Assembly (NCBI GenBank): GCA_043228905.1
Contig: JBHGNT010000010.1
Span: 310,001-374,000, forward strand
Direction: 5' to 3'
From: Azolla caroliniana
Taxonomy: Eukaryota > Plantae > Polypodiophyta
DNA: 64,000 nucleotides
Positions 1-11,617 of this stretch are shown in pieces. The notes under the pieces are model-generated. The model was not told the origin of the DNA. It saw only the letters and a list, made by a program, of their open reading frames with translations, and ran no database searches. Position 1 is the first letter of the stretch, and each line of letters begins with the position of its first letter. Position numbers and translations under genes: made by a program.

Positions 1-564
1 TGATTTTTTAAATCCATATCATAGGTAGTGTTGTTAGCTTCGAATCGCATGTTTGAATACAAAAATCCGGGATCACACGGGCCAGGTATGAACATTTTAA
101 TTTACTCACGGGCTCCTCTCAACTCCCTCCTCAAATTTGGTAATTTCTTCATGTCTCTCGACCTGAGTTTCAATATCTTGATTTTTTAATTCCATAGTCT
201 AGGTAGCGTTGTTAGCTTCGAATCGCAAGTTTGAACACAAAAATCCGAGATCACACAAGCCAGGTATGAACATTTTAAATTAGTCACGGGCTCTTCTCAA
301 CTCCTTCTTCTAACTTGCCAATTTCTTCATGTCTCTCGACCTGAGTTTCAAAATCTTGATTTTTTAATTCCATATCATAGGTAGCGTTGTTAGCTTCGAA
401 TCGCATGTTTGAACACAAAAATCCGATATCACATGCGCCAGGTATGAACATTTTAATTTACTCACGGGCTCTTCTCAACTCCCTCTTCTAACTTGCCAAT
501 TTCTTCATGTCTGTCGACCTGAGTTTCAAAATCTTGATTTTTTAATTCCATATCATAGGTAGCG

Positions 565-3500
565 TTGTTAGCTTCGATTCGCATCTTTGAACACATAAAT
601 CCGGGATCACACGAGCCAGGTATGAACATTTTAATTTACTCACGCGCTCTTCTCAACTCCCTCTTCAAATTTGGTAATTGCTTCATGTCTCTCGACCTGA
701 GTTTCAAAATCTTGATTTTTTTTTTCTATATCATAGGTAGCGTTGTTAGCTTCGAATCACATGTTTGAACACAAAAATCCGGGATCACACGAGCCAGGTA
801 TGAACATTTTAATTTACTCACGGGCGCTTCTCAACTCCTTCTTCTAACTTGCCAATTTCTTCATGTCTCTCGACCTGAGTTTCAAAATCTTGATTTTTTA
901 ATTCCATATCATAGGTAGCGTTGTTAGCTTCGATTCGCATCTTTGAACACATAAATCCGGGATCACACGAGCCAGGTATGAACATTTTAATTTACTCACG
1001 CGCTCTTCTCAACTCCCTCTTCAAATTTGGTAATTGCTTCATGTCTCTCGACCTGAGTTTCAAAATCTTGATTTTTTTATTCTATATCATAGGTAGTGTT
1101 GTTAGCTTCGAATCACATGTTTGAATACAAAAATCCGGGATCACACGAGCCAGGTATGAACATTTTAATTTACTCACGGGCTCCTCTCAACTCCCTCCTC
1201 AAATTTGGTAATTTCTTCATGTCTCTCGACCTGAGTTTCAAAATCCTAATTTTTTAATTCCATATCATAGGTAGCGTTGTTAGCTTCGATTCGCATGTTT
1301 GAACACAGAAATCCGGGATCACACGAGCGAGGTATGAACATTTTAAATTAGTCACGGGCTCTTCTCAACTCCCTCCTCAAATTTGGTAATTTCTTCATGT
1401 CTCTCGACCTGAGTTTCAAAATCTTGATTTTTTAAATCCATATCATAGGTAGTGTTGTTAGCTTCGAATCGCATGTTTGAACACAAAAATCCGATATCAC
1501 ATGGGCCAGGTATGAACATTTTATTTTACTCACGGGCTTTTCTCAACTCCTTCTTCTAACTTGCCAATTTCTTCATGTCTCTCGACCTGAGTTTCAAAAT
1601 CTTGATTTTTTAATTCCATATCATAGGTAGCGTTGTTAGCTTCGATTCGCATCTTTGAACACAAAAATCCGGGATCACATGAGCCAGGTATGAACATTTT
1701 AATTTACTCACGCGCTCTTCTCAACTCCCTCTTCAAATTTGGTAATTGCTTCATGTCTCTCGACCTGAGTTTCAAAATCTTGATTTTTTTATTATATATC
1801 ATAGGTAGCGTTGTTAGCTTCGAATCACATGTTTGAACACAAAAATCCAGGATCACACGAGCCAGGTATGAACATTTTAATTTACTCACGGGCTCCTCTC
1901 AACTCCCTCCTCAAATTTGGTAATTTCTTCATGTCTCTCGACCTGAGTTTCAAAATCTTGATTTTTTAATTCCATATCATAGGTAGCGTTGTTAGCTTCG
2001 ATTCGCATCTTTGAACACATAAATCCGGGATCACACGAGCCAGGTATGAACATTTTAATTTACTCACGCGCTCTTCTCAACTCCCTCTTCAAATTTGGTA
2101 ATTGCTTCATGTCTCTCGACCTGAGTTTCAAAATCTTGATTTTTTTTTTCTATATCATAGGTAGTGTTGTTAGCTTCGAATCACATGTTTGAACACAAAA
2201 ATCCGGGATCACACGAGCCAGGTATGAACATTTTAATTTACTCACGGGCGCTTCTCAACTCCTTCTTCTAACTTGCCAATTTCTTCATGTCTCTCGACCT
2301 GAGTTTCAAAATCTTGATTTTTTAATTCCATATCATAGGTAGCGTTGTTAGCTTCGATTCGCATCTTTGAACACATAAATCCGGGATCACACGAGCCAGG
2401 TATGAACATTTTAATTTACTCACGCGCTCTTCTCAACTCCCTCTTCAAATTTGGTAATTGCTTCATGTCTCTCGACCTGAGTTTCAAAATCTTGATTTTT
2501 TTATTCTATATCATAGGTAGTGTTGTTAGCTTCGAATCACATGTTTGAATACAAAAATCCGGGATCACACGAGCCAGGTATGAACATTTTAATTTACTCA
2601 CGGGCTCCTCTCAACTCCCTCCTCAAATTTGGTAATTTCTTCATGTCTCTCGACCTGAGTTTCAAAATCCTAATTTTTTAATTCCATATCATAGGTAGCG
2701 TTGTTAGCTTCGATTCGCATGTTTGAACACAGAAATCCGGGATCACACGACCCAGGTATGAACATTTTAAATTAGTCACGGGCTCTTCTCAACTCCCTCC
2801 TCAAATTTGGTAATTGCTTCATGTCTCTCGACCTGAGTTTCAAAATCTTGATTTTTTAAATCCATATCATAGGTAGTGTTGTTAGCTTCGAATCGCATGT
2901 TTGAACACAAAAATCCGATATCACATGGGCCAGGTATGAACATTTTATTTTACTCACGGGCTCTTCTCAACTCCTTCTTCTAACTTGCCAATTTCTTCAT
3001 GTCTCTCGACCTGAGTTTCAAAATCTTGATTTTTTAATTCCATATCATAGGTAGCGTTGTTAGCTTCGATTCGCATCTTTGAACACAAAAATCCGGGATC
3101 ACATGAGCCAGGTATGAACATTTTAATTTACTCACGCGCTCTTCTCAACTCCCTCTTCAAATTTGGTAATTGCTTCATGTCTCTCGACCTGAGTTTCAAA
3201 ATCTTGATTTTTTTATTATATATCATAGGTAGCGTTGTTAGCTTCGAATCACATGTTTGAACACAAAAATCCAGGATCACACGAGCCAGGTATGAACATT
3301 TTAATTTACTCACGGGCTCCTCTCAACTCCCTCCTCAAATTTGGTAATTTCTTCATGTCTCTCGACCTGAGTTTCAAAATCTTGATTTTTTAATTCCATA
3401 TCATAGGTAGCGTTGTTAGCTTCGATTCGCATCTTTGAACACATAAATCCGGGATCACACGACCCAGGTATGAACATTTTAATTTACTCACGCGCTCTTC
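565..3500 (+). repeat. 8-monomer higher-order repeat (1,424 bp), two tandem copies
   Basis: ORF starts 565/1989/3413, 921/2345 and 1633/3057 are 1424 apart. The rare variant aaatCCtaat occurs at 1245 and 2669. Confidence 0.9.
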
Positions 3501-3959
3501 TCAACTCCCTCTTCAAAATTGGTAATTGCTTCATGTCTCTCGACCTGAGTTTCAAAATCTTGATTTTTTTATTCTATATCATAGGTAGCGTTGTTACCTT
3601 CGAATCACATGTTTGAACACAAAAATCCGGGATCACACAAGCCAGGTATAAACATTTTAATTTACTCACGGGCTCCTCTCAACTCCCTCCTCAAATTTGG
3701 TAATTTCTTCATGTCTCTCGACCTGAGTTTCAATATCTTGATTTTTTAATTCCATAGTCTAGGTAGCGTTGTTAGCTTCGAATCGCAAGTTTGAACACAA
3801 AAATCCGAGATCACACGAGCCAGGTATGAACATTTTAAATTAGTCACGGGGTCTTCTCAACTCCTTCTTCTAACTTGCCAATTTCTTCATGTCTCTCGAC
3901 CTGAGTTTCAAAATCTTGATTTTTTAATTCCATATCATAGGTAGCGTTGTTAGCTTCGA

Positions 3960-5850
3960 TTCGCATGTTTGAACACAGAAATCCGGGATCACACGAGCCA
4001 GGTATGAACATTTTAATTTACTCACAGGCTCCTCTCAACTCCTTCTTCTAACTTGCCAATTTCTTCATGTCTCTCGACCTGAGTTTCAAAGTCTTGATTT
4101 TTTAATTCCATATCATAGGTAGCGTTGTTAGCTTCGATTCGCTTCTTTGAACACAAAAATCCGGGATCACATGAGCCAGGTATGAACATTTTAATTTACT
4201 CACGCGCTCTTCTCAACTCCCTCTTCAAATTTGGTAATTGCTTCATGTCTCTCGACCTGAGTTTCAAAATCTTGATTTTTCTATTCTATATCATAGGTAC
4301 CGTTGTTAGCTTCGAATCACATGTTTGAATACAAAAATCCGGGATCACACGAGCCAGGTATGAACATTTTAATTTACTCACGGGCTCCTCTCAACTCCCT
4401 CCTCAAATTTGGTAATTTCTTCATGTCTCTCGACCTGAGTTTCAATATCTTGATTTTTTAATTCCATAGTCTAGGTAGCGTTGTTAGCTTCGAATCGCAA
4501 GTTTGAACACAAAAATCCGAGATCACACAAGCCAGGTATGAACATTTTAAATTAGTCACGGGCTCTTCTCAACTCCTTCTTCTAACTTGCCAATTTCTTC
4601 ATGTCTCTCGACCTGAGTTTCAAAATCTTGATTTTTTAATTCCATATCATAGGTAGCGTTGTTAGCTTCGAATCGCATGTTTGAACACAAAAATCCGATA
4701 TCACATGCGCCAGGTATGAACATTTTAATTTACTCACGGGCTCTTCTCAACTCCCTCTTCTAACTTGCCAATTTCTTCATGTCTCTCGACCTGAGTTTCA
4801 AAATCTTGATTTTTTAATTCCATATCATAGGTAGCGTTGTTAGCTTCGAATCGCATGTTTGAACACAAAAATCCGATATGACATGCGCCAGGTATGAACA
4901 TTTTAATTTACTCACGGGCTCTTCTCAACTCCCTCTTCTAACTTGCCAATTTCTTCATGTCTCTCGACCTGAGTTTCAAAATCTTGATTTTTTAATTCCA
5001 TATCATAGGTAGCATTGTTAGCTTCGATTCGCATGTTTGAACACAGAAATCCGGGATCACACGAGCCAGGTATGAACATTTTAATTTACTCACAGGCTCC
5101 TCTCAACTCCTTCTTCTAACTTGCCAATTTCTTCATGTCTCTCGACCTGAGTTTCAAAGTCTTGATTTTTTAATTCCATATCATAGGTAGCGTTGTTAGC
5201 TTCGATTCGCATCTTTGAACACAAAAATCCGGGATCACATGAGCCAGGTATGAACATTTTAATTTACTCACGCGCTCTTCTCAACTCCCTCTTCAAATTT
5301 GGTAATTGCTTCATGTCTCTCGACCTGAGTTTCAAAATCTTGATTTTTTTATTCTATATCATAGGTACCGTTGTTAGCTTCGAATCACATGTTTGAATAC
5401 AAAAATCCGGGATCACACGAGCCAGGTATGAACATTTTAATTTACTCACGGGCTCCTCTCAACTCCCTCCTCAAATTTGGTAATTTCTTCATGTCTCTCG
5501 ACCTGAGTTTCAATATCTTGATTTTTTAATTCCATAGTCTAGGTAGCGTTGTTAGCTTCGAATCGCAAGTTTGAACACAAAAATCCGAGATCACACAAGC
5601 CAGGTATGAACATTTTAAATTAGTCACGGGCTCTTCTCAACTCCTTCTTCTAACTTGCCAATTTCTTCATGTCTCTCGACCTGAGTTTCAAAATCTTGAT
5701 TTTTTAATTCCATATCATAGGTAGCGTTGTTAGCTTCGAATCGCATGTTTGAACACAAAAATCCGATATCACATGCGCCAGGTATGAACATTTTAATTTA
5801 CTCACGGGCTCTTCTCAACTCCCTCTTCTAACTTGCCAATTTCTTCATGT
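3960..5850 (+). repeat. 6-monomer higher-order duplication (1,068-bp offset)
   Basis: The KpnI-type variant ggtacc occurs at 4296 and 5364. The cacagg and caaagt variants and ORFs 4125/5193 show the same offset. Confidence 0.8.
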
Positions 5851-6940
5851 CTGTCGACCTGAGTTTCAAAATCTTGATTTTTTAATTCCATATCATAGGT
5901 AGCGTTGTTAGCTTCGATTCGCATCTTTGAACACATAAATCCGGGATCACACGAGCCAGGTATGAACATTTTAATTTACTCACGCGCTCTTCTCAACTCC
6001 CTCTTCAAATTTGGTAATTGCTTCATGTCTCTCGACCTGAGTTTCAAAATCTTGATTTTTTTTTTCTATATCATAGGTAGCGTTGTTAGCTTCGAATCAC
6101 ATGTTTGAACACAAAAATCCGGGATCACACGAGCCAGGTATGAACATTTTAATTTACTCACGGGCGCTTCTCAACTCCTTCTTCTAACTTGCCAATTTCT
6201 TCATGTCTCTCGACCTGAGTTTCAAAATCTTGATTTTTTAATTCCATATCATAGGTAGCGTTGTTAGCTTCGATTCGCATCTTTGAACACATAAATCCGG
6301 GATCACACGAGCCAGGTATGAACATTTTAATTTACTCACGCGCTCTTCTCAACTCCCTCTTCAAATTTGGTAATTGCTTCATGTCTCTCGACCTGAGTTT
6401 CAAAATCTTGATTTTTTTATTCTATATCATAGGTAGTGTTGTTAGCTTCGAATCACATGTTTGAATACAAAAATCCGGGATCACACGAGCCAGGTATGAA
6501 CATTTTAATTTACTCACGGGCTCCTCTCAACTCCCTCCTCAAATTTGGTAATTTCTTCATGTCTCTCGACCTGAGTTTCAAAATCCTAATTTTTTAATTC
6601 CATATCATAGGTAGCGTTGTTAGCTTCGATTCGCATGTTTGAACACAGAAATCCGGGATCACACGAGCGAGGTATGAACATTTTAAATTAGTCACGGGCT
6701 CTTCTCAACTCCCTCCTCAAATTTGGTAATTTCTTCATGTCTCTCGACCTGAGTTTCAAAATCTTGATTTTTTAAATCCATATCATAGGTAGTGTTGTTA
6801 GCTTCGAATCGCATGTTTGAACACAAAAATCCGATTTCACATGGGCCAGGTATGAACATTTTATTTTACTCACGGGCTCTTCTCAACTCCTTCTTCTAAC
6901 TTGCCAATTTCTTCATGTCTCTCGACCTGAGTTTCAAAAT
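5421..6940 (+). repeat. Copy of block ~81-1600 at a 30-monomer offset (5,340 bp)
   Basis: Near line-by-line identity (e.g. lines 121/5461, 481/5821 with gtcgac, 1321/6661 with gagcgagg). ORFs 565/5905 and 921/6261 share the offset. Confidence 0.85.
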
Positions 6941-7015
6941 CTTGTTTTTTTAATTCTATATCATAGGTAGCGTTGTTAGCTTCGAATCGCATGTTTGAAC
7001 ACAAAAATCCGATAT

Positions 7016-7124
7016 CACATGGGCCAGCTATCAACATTTTAATTTACTCACGGGCTCTTCTCAACTCCCTCCTCAAATTTGGTAATTTCTTCATGTCTCC
7101 TCAAATTTGGTAATTTCTTCATGT
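7016..7124 (+). repeat. 109-bp aberrant monomer containing a 28-bp tandem duplication
   Basis: ctcctcaaatttggtaatttcttcatgt occurs at 7069-7096 and 7097-7124, then the sequence jumps to cacatgggccagg. The downstream offset 3669 = 20x178+109. Confidence 0.92.
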
Positions 7125-8519
7125 CACATGGGCCAGGTATGAACATTTTATTTTACTCACGGGCTCTTCTCAACTCCTTCTTCTAACTTGCCAATTTCTT
7201 CATGTCTCTCGACCTGAGTTTCAAAATCTTGTTTTTTTAATTCCATATCATAGGTAGCGTTGTTAGCTTCGTTTCGCATGTTTGAACACAAAAATCCGGG
7301 AACACACGAGGCAGGTATGAACATTTTAATTTATTCACGCGCTCTTCTCAACTCCCTCGTCAAATTTGGTAATTTCCTCATGTCTCTCGATCTAAGTTTC
7401 AAAATGTTGATTTTTTAATTCCATATCATAGGTAGCGTTGTTAGCTTCGATTCGGATCTTTGAACACAAAAATCCGGGAACACACGAGGCAGGTATGAAC
7501 ATTTTAATTTATTCACGCGCTCTTCTCAACTCCCTCGTCTAACTTGCCAATTTCTTCATGTCTCTCGACCTGAGTTTCAAAATCTTGATTTTTTAATTCC
7601 ATATCATAGGTAGTGTTGTTAGCTTCGATTCGCATCTTTGAACACAAAAATCTGGTATCACACGAGCCAGGTATGAAAATTTTAATTTACTCACGCGCTC
7701 TTCTCAACTCCCTCTTCTAACTTGCCAATTTCTTTATGTCTCTTGACCTGAGTTTCAAAATCTTGATTTTTTAATTCCATATCTTAGGTAGCGTTGTTAG
7801 CTTCGATTCGCATCTTTGAACACAAAAATCCGGTATCACACGAGCCAGGTATGAACATTTTAATTTACTCACGGGCTCTTCTCAACTCCCTCTTCTAACT
7901 TGCCAATTTCTTCATGTCTCTCGACCTGAGTTTCAAAATCTTGATTGTTTAATTCCATATCATAGGTAGCGTTGTTAGCTTCGAATCGCATGTTTGAACA
8001 CAGAAATCCGGGATCACACGAGCCAGGTATGAACATTTTAATTTATTCACGCGCTCTTCTCAACTCCGTCCTCAAATTTGGTAATTTCTTCATGTCTCTC
8101 GACCTGAGTTTCAAAATCTTGATTTTTTAATTCCATATCATAGGTAGCGTTATTAGCTTCGATTCGCATGTTTCAACACAGAAATCCGGGATCACACTAG
8201 CCAGGTATGAACATTTTAGTTTACTCATGGGCTCTTCTCAACTCCCTCCTCAAATTTGGAAATTTCTTCATGTCTCTTGACCTGAGTTTAAAAATCTTGA
8301 TTTTTTAATTCCATATCATAGGTAGCGTTATTAGCTTCGATTCGCATGTTTCAACACAGAAATCCGAGATCACACGAGCCAGGTATGAACATTTTAAATT
8401 AGTCACGGGCTCTTCTCAACTCCTTCTTCTAACTTGCTAATGTCTTCATGTCTCTCCACCTGAGTTTCAAAATCTTGATTTTTTAATTCCATATCATAGG
8501 TAGCGTTATTAGCTTCGAT

Positions 8520-10250
8520 TCGCATGTTTGAACACAAAAATCCGATATCACATGCGCCAGGTATGAACATTTTAATTTACTCACGGGCTCTTCTCAACTC
8601 CCTCTTCTAACTTGCCAATTTCTTCATGTCTCTCGACCTGAGTTTCAAAATCTTGATTTTTTAATTCCATATCATAGGTAGCGTTGTTAGCTTCGATTCG
8701 CATGTTTGAACACAGAAATCCGGGATCACACGAGCCAGGTATGAACATTTTAATTTACTCACAGGCTCCTCTCAACTCCTTCTTCTAACTTGCCAATTTC
8801 TTCATGTCTCTCGACCTGAGTTTCAAAGTCTTGATTTTTTAATTCCATATCATAGGTAGCGTTGTTAGCTTCGATTCGCATCTTTGAACACAAAAATCCG
8901 GGATCACATGAGCCAGATATGAACATTTTAATTTACTCACGCGCTCTTCTCAACTCCCTCTTCAAATTTGGTAATTGCTTCATGTCTCTCGACCTGAGTT
9001 TCAAAATCTTGATTTTTTTATTCTATATCATAGGTACCGTTGTTAGCTTCGAATCACATGTTTGAATACAAAAATCCGGGATCACACGAGCCAGGTATGA
9101 ACATTTTAATTTACTCACGGGCTCCTCTCAACTCCCTCCTCAAATTTGGTAATTTCTTCATGTCTCTCGACCTGAGTTTCAATATCTTGATTTTTTAATT
9201 CCATAGTCTAGGTAGCGTTGTTAGCTTCGAATCGCAAGTTTGAACACAAAAATCCGAGATCACACAAGCCAGGTATGAACATTTTAAATTAGTCACGGGC
9301 TCTTCTCAACTCCTTCTTCTAACTTGCCAATTTCTTCATGTCTCTCGACCTGAGTTTCAAAATCTTGATTTTTTAAGTCCATATCATAGGTAGCGTTGTT
9401 AGCTTCGAATCGCATGTTTGAACACAAAAATCCGATATCACATGCGCCAGGTATGAACATTTTAATTTACTCACGGGCTCTTCTCAACTCCCTCTTCTAA
9501 CTTGCCAATTTCTTCATGTCTGTCGACCTGAGTTTCAAAATCTTGATTTTTTAATTCCATATCATAGGTAGCGTTGTTAGCTTCGATTCGCATCTTTGAA
9601 CACATAAATCCGGGATCACACGAGCCAGGTATGAACATTTTAATTTACTCACGCGCTCTTCTCAACTCCCTCTTCAAATTTGGTAATTGCTTCATGTCTC
9701 TCGACCTGAGTTTCAAAATCTTGATTTTTTTTTTCTATATCATAGGTAGCGTTGTTAGCTTCGAATCACATGTTTGAACACAAAAATCCGGGATCACACG
9801 AGCCAGGTATGAACATTTTAATTTACTCACGGGCTCTTCTCAACTCCTTCTTCTAACTTGCCAATTTCTTCATGTCTCTCGACCTGAGTTTCAAAATCTT
9901 GATTTTTTAATTCCATATCATAGGTAGCGTTGTTAGCTTCGATTCGCATCTTTGAACACATAAATCCGGGATCACACGAGCCAGGTATGAACATTTTAAT
10001 TTACTCACGCGCTCTTCTCAACTCCCTCTTCAAATTTGGTAATTGCTTCATGTCTCTCGACCTGAGTTTCAAAATCTTGATTTTTTTATTCTATATCATA
10101 GGTAGTGTTGTTAGCTTCGAATCACATGTTTGAATACAAAAATCCGGGATCACACGAGCCAGGTATGAACATTTTAATTTACTCACGGGCTCCTCTCAAC
10201 TCCCTCCTCAAATTTGGTAATTTCTTCATGTCTCTCGACCTGAGTTTCAA
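8520..10250 (+). repeat. Copy of block ~4850-6580 (offset 3,669 bp)
   Basis: ORFs 5193/8862, 5905/9574 and 6261/9930, and ggtacc at 5364/9033, are all offset by 3669. Confidence 0.85.
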
Positions 10251-11617
10251 AATCTTGATTTTTTAATTCCATAGTCTAGGTAGCGTTGTTAGCTTCGAAT
10301 CGCAAGTTTGAACACAAAAATCCGAGATCACACGAGCCAGGTATGAACATTTTAAATTAGTCACGGGGTCTTCTCAACTCCTTCTTCTAACTTGCCAATT
10401 TCTTCATGTCTCTCGACATGAGTTTCAAAATCTTGATTTTTTAATTCCATATCATAGGTAGCGTTGTTAGCTTCGAATCGCATGTTTGAACACAAAAATC
10501 CGATATCACATGCGCCAGGTATGAACATTTTAATTTACTCACGGGCTCTTCTCAACTCCCTCTTCTAACTTGCCAATTTCTTCATGTCTCTCGACCTGAG
10601 TTTCAAAATCTTGATTTTTTAATTCCATATCATAGGTAGCGTTGTTAGCTTCGATTCGCATGTTTGAACACAGAAATCCGGGATCACACGTGCCAGGTAT
10701 GAACATTTTAATTTACTCACGGGCTCCTCTCAACTCCTTCTTCTAACTTGCCAATTTCTTCATGTCTCTCGACCTGAGTTTCAAAGTCTTGATTTTTTAA
10801 TTCAATATCATAGGTAGCGTTGTTAGCTTCGATTCGCATCTTTGAACACAAAAATCCGGGATCACACGAGCCAGGTATGAACATTTTAATTTACTCACGC
10901 GCTCTTCTCAACTCCCTCTTCAAATTTGGTAATTGCTTCATGTCTCTCGACCTGAGTTTCAAAATCTTGATTTTTTTATTCTATATCATAGGTAGCGTTG
11001 TTAGCTTCGAATCACATGTTTGAACACAAAAATCCAGGATCACACGAGCCAGGTATGAACATTTTAATTTACTCACGGGCTCCTCTCAACTCCCTCCTCA
11101 AATTTGGTAATTTCTTCATGTCTCTCGACCTGAGTTTCAATATCTTGATTTTTTAATTCCATATCTTAGGTAACGTTGTTAGCTTCGAATCGCAAGTTTG
11201 AACACAAAAATCCGATATCACATGGGCCAGGTATGAACATTTTAATTTACTCACGGGCTCCTCTGAACCCCTTCTTCTAACTTGCCAATTTCTTCATGTC
11301 TCTCGACCTGAGTTTCAAAATCTTGATTTTTTAATTCTATATCATAGGTAGCGTTGTTAGCTTCGTTTCGCATGTTTGAACACAGAAATCCGGGATAACA
11401 CGAGCCAGGTATGAACATTTTAATTTATTCACGCGCTCTTCTCAACTCCCTCGTCAAATTTGGTAATTTTCTCATGTCTCTCGACCTGAGTTTCAAAATG
11501 TTGATTTTTTAATTCCATATCATAGATAGCGTTGTTAGCTTCGATTCGGATCTTTGAACACAGAAATCCGGGATCACACGAGCGAGGTATGAACATATTA
11601 ATTTACTCACGGGCTCT

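Noticed and set aside
131-322. Type A/B box as a micro-inversion between aaatt/aattt arms
   Set aside because: Inverting the loop tggt gives acca, not the observed tgcc; it would need a register shift and extra substitutions.
570-610. CENP-B box (TTCGnnnnAnnCGGG)
   Set aside because: TTCG and ATCCGGG both occur but at the wrong spacing, so there is no match to the 17-bp motif.
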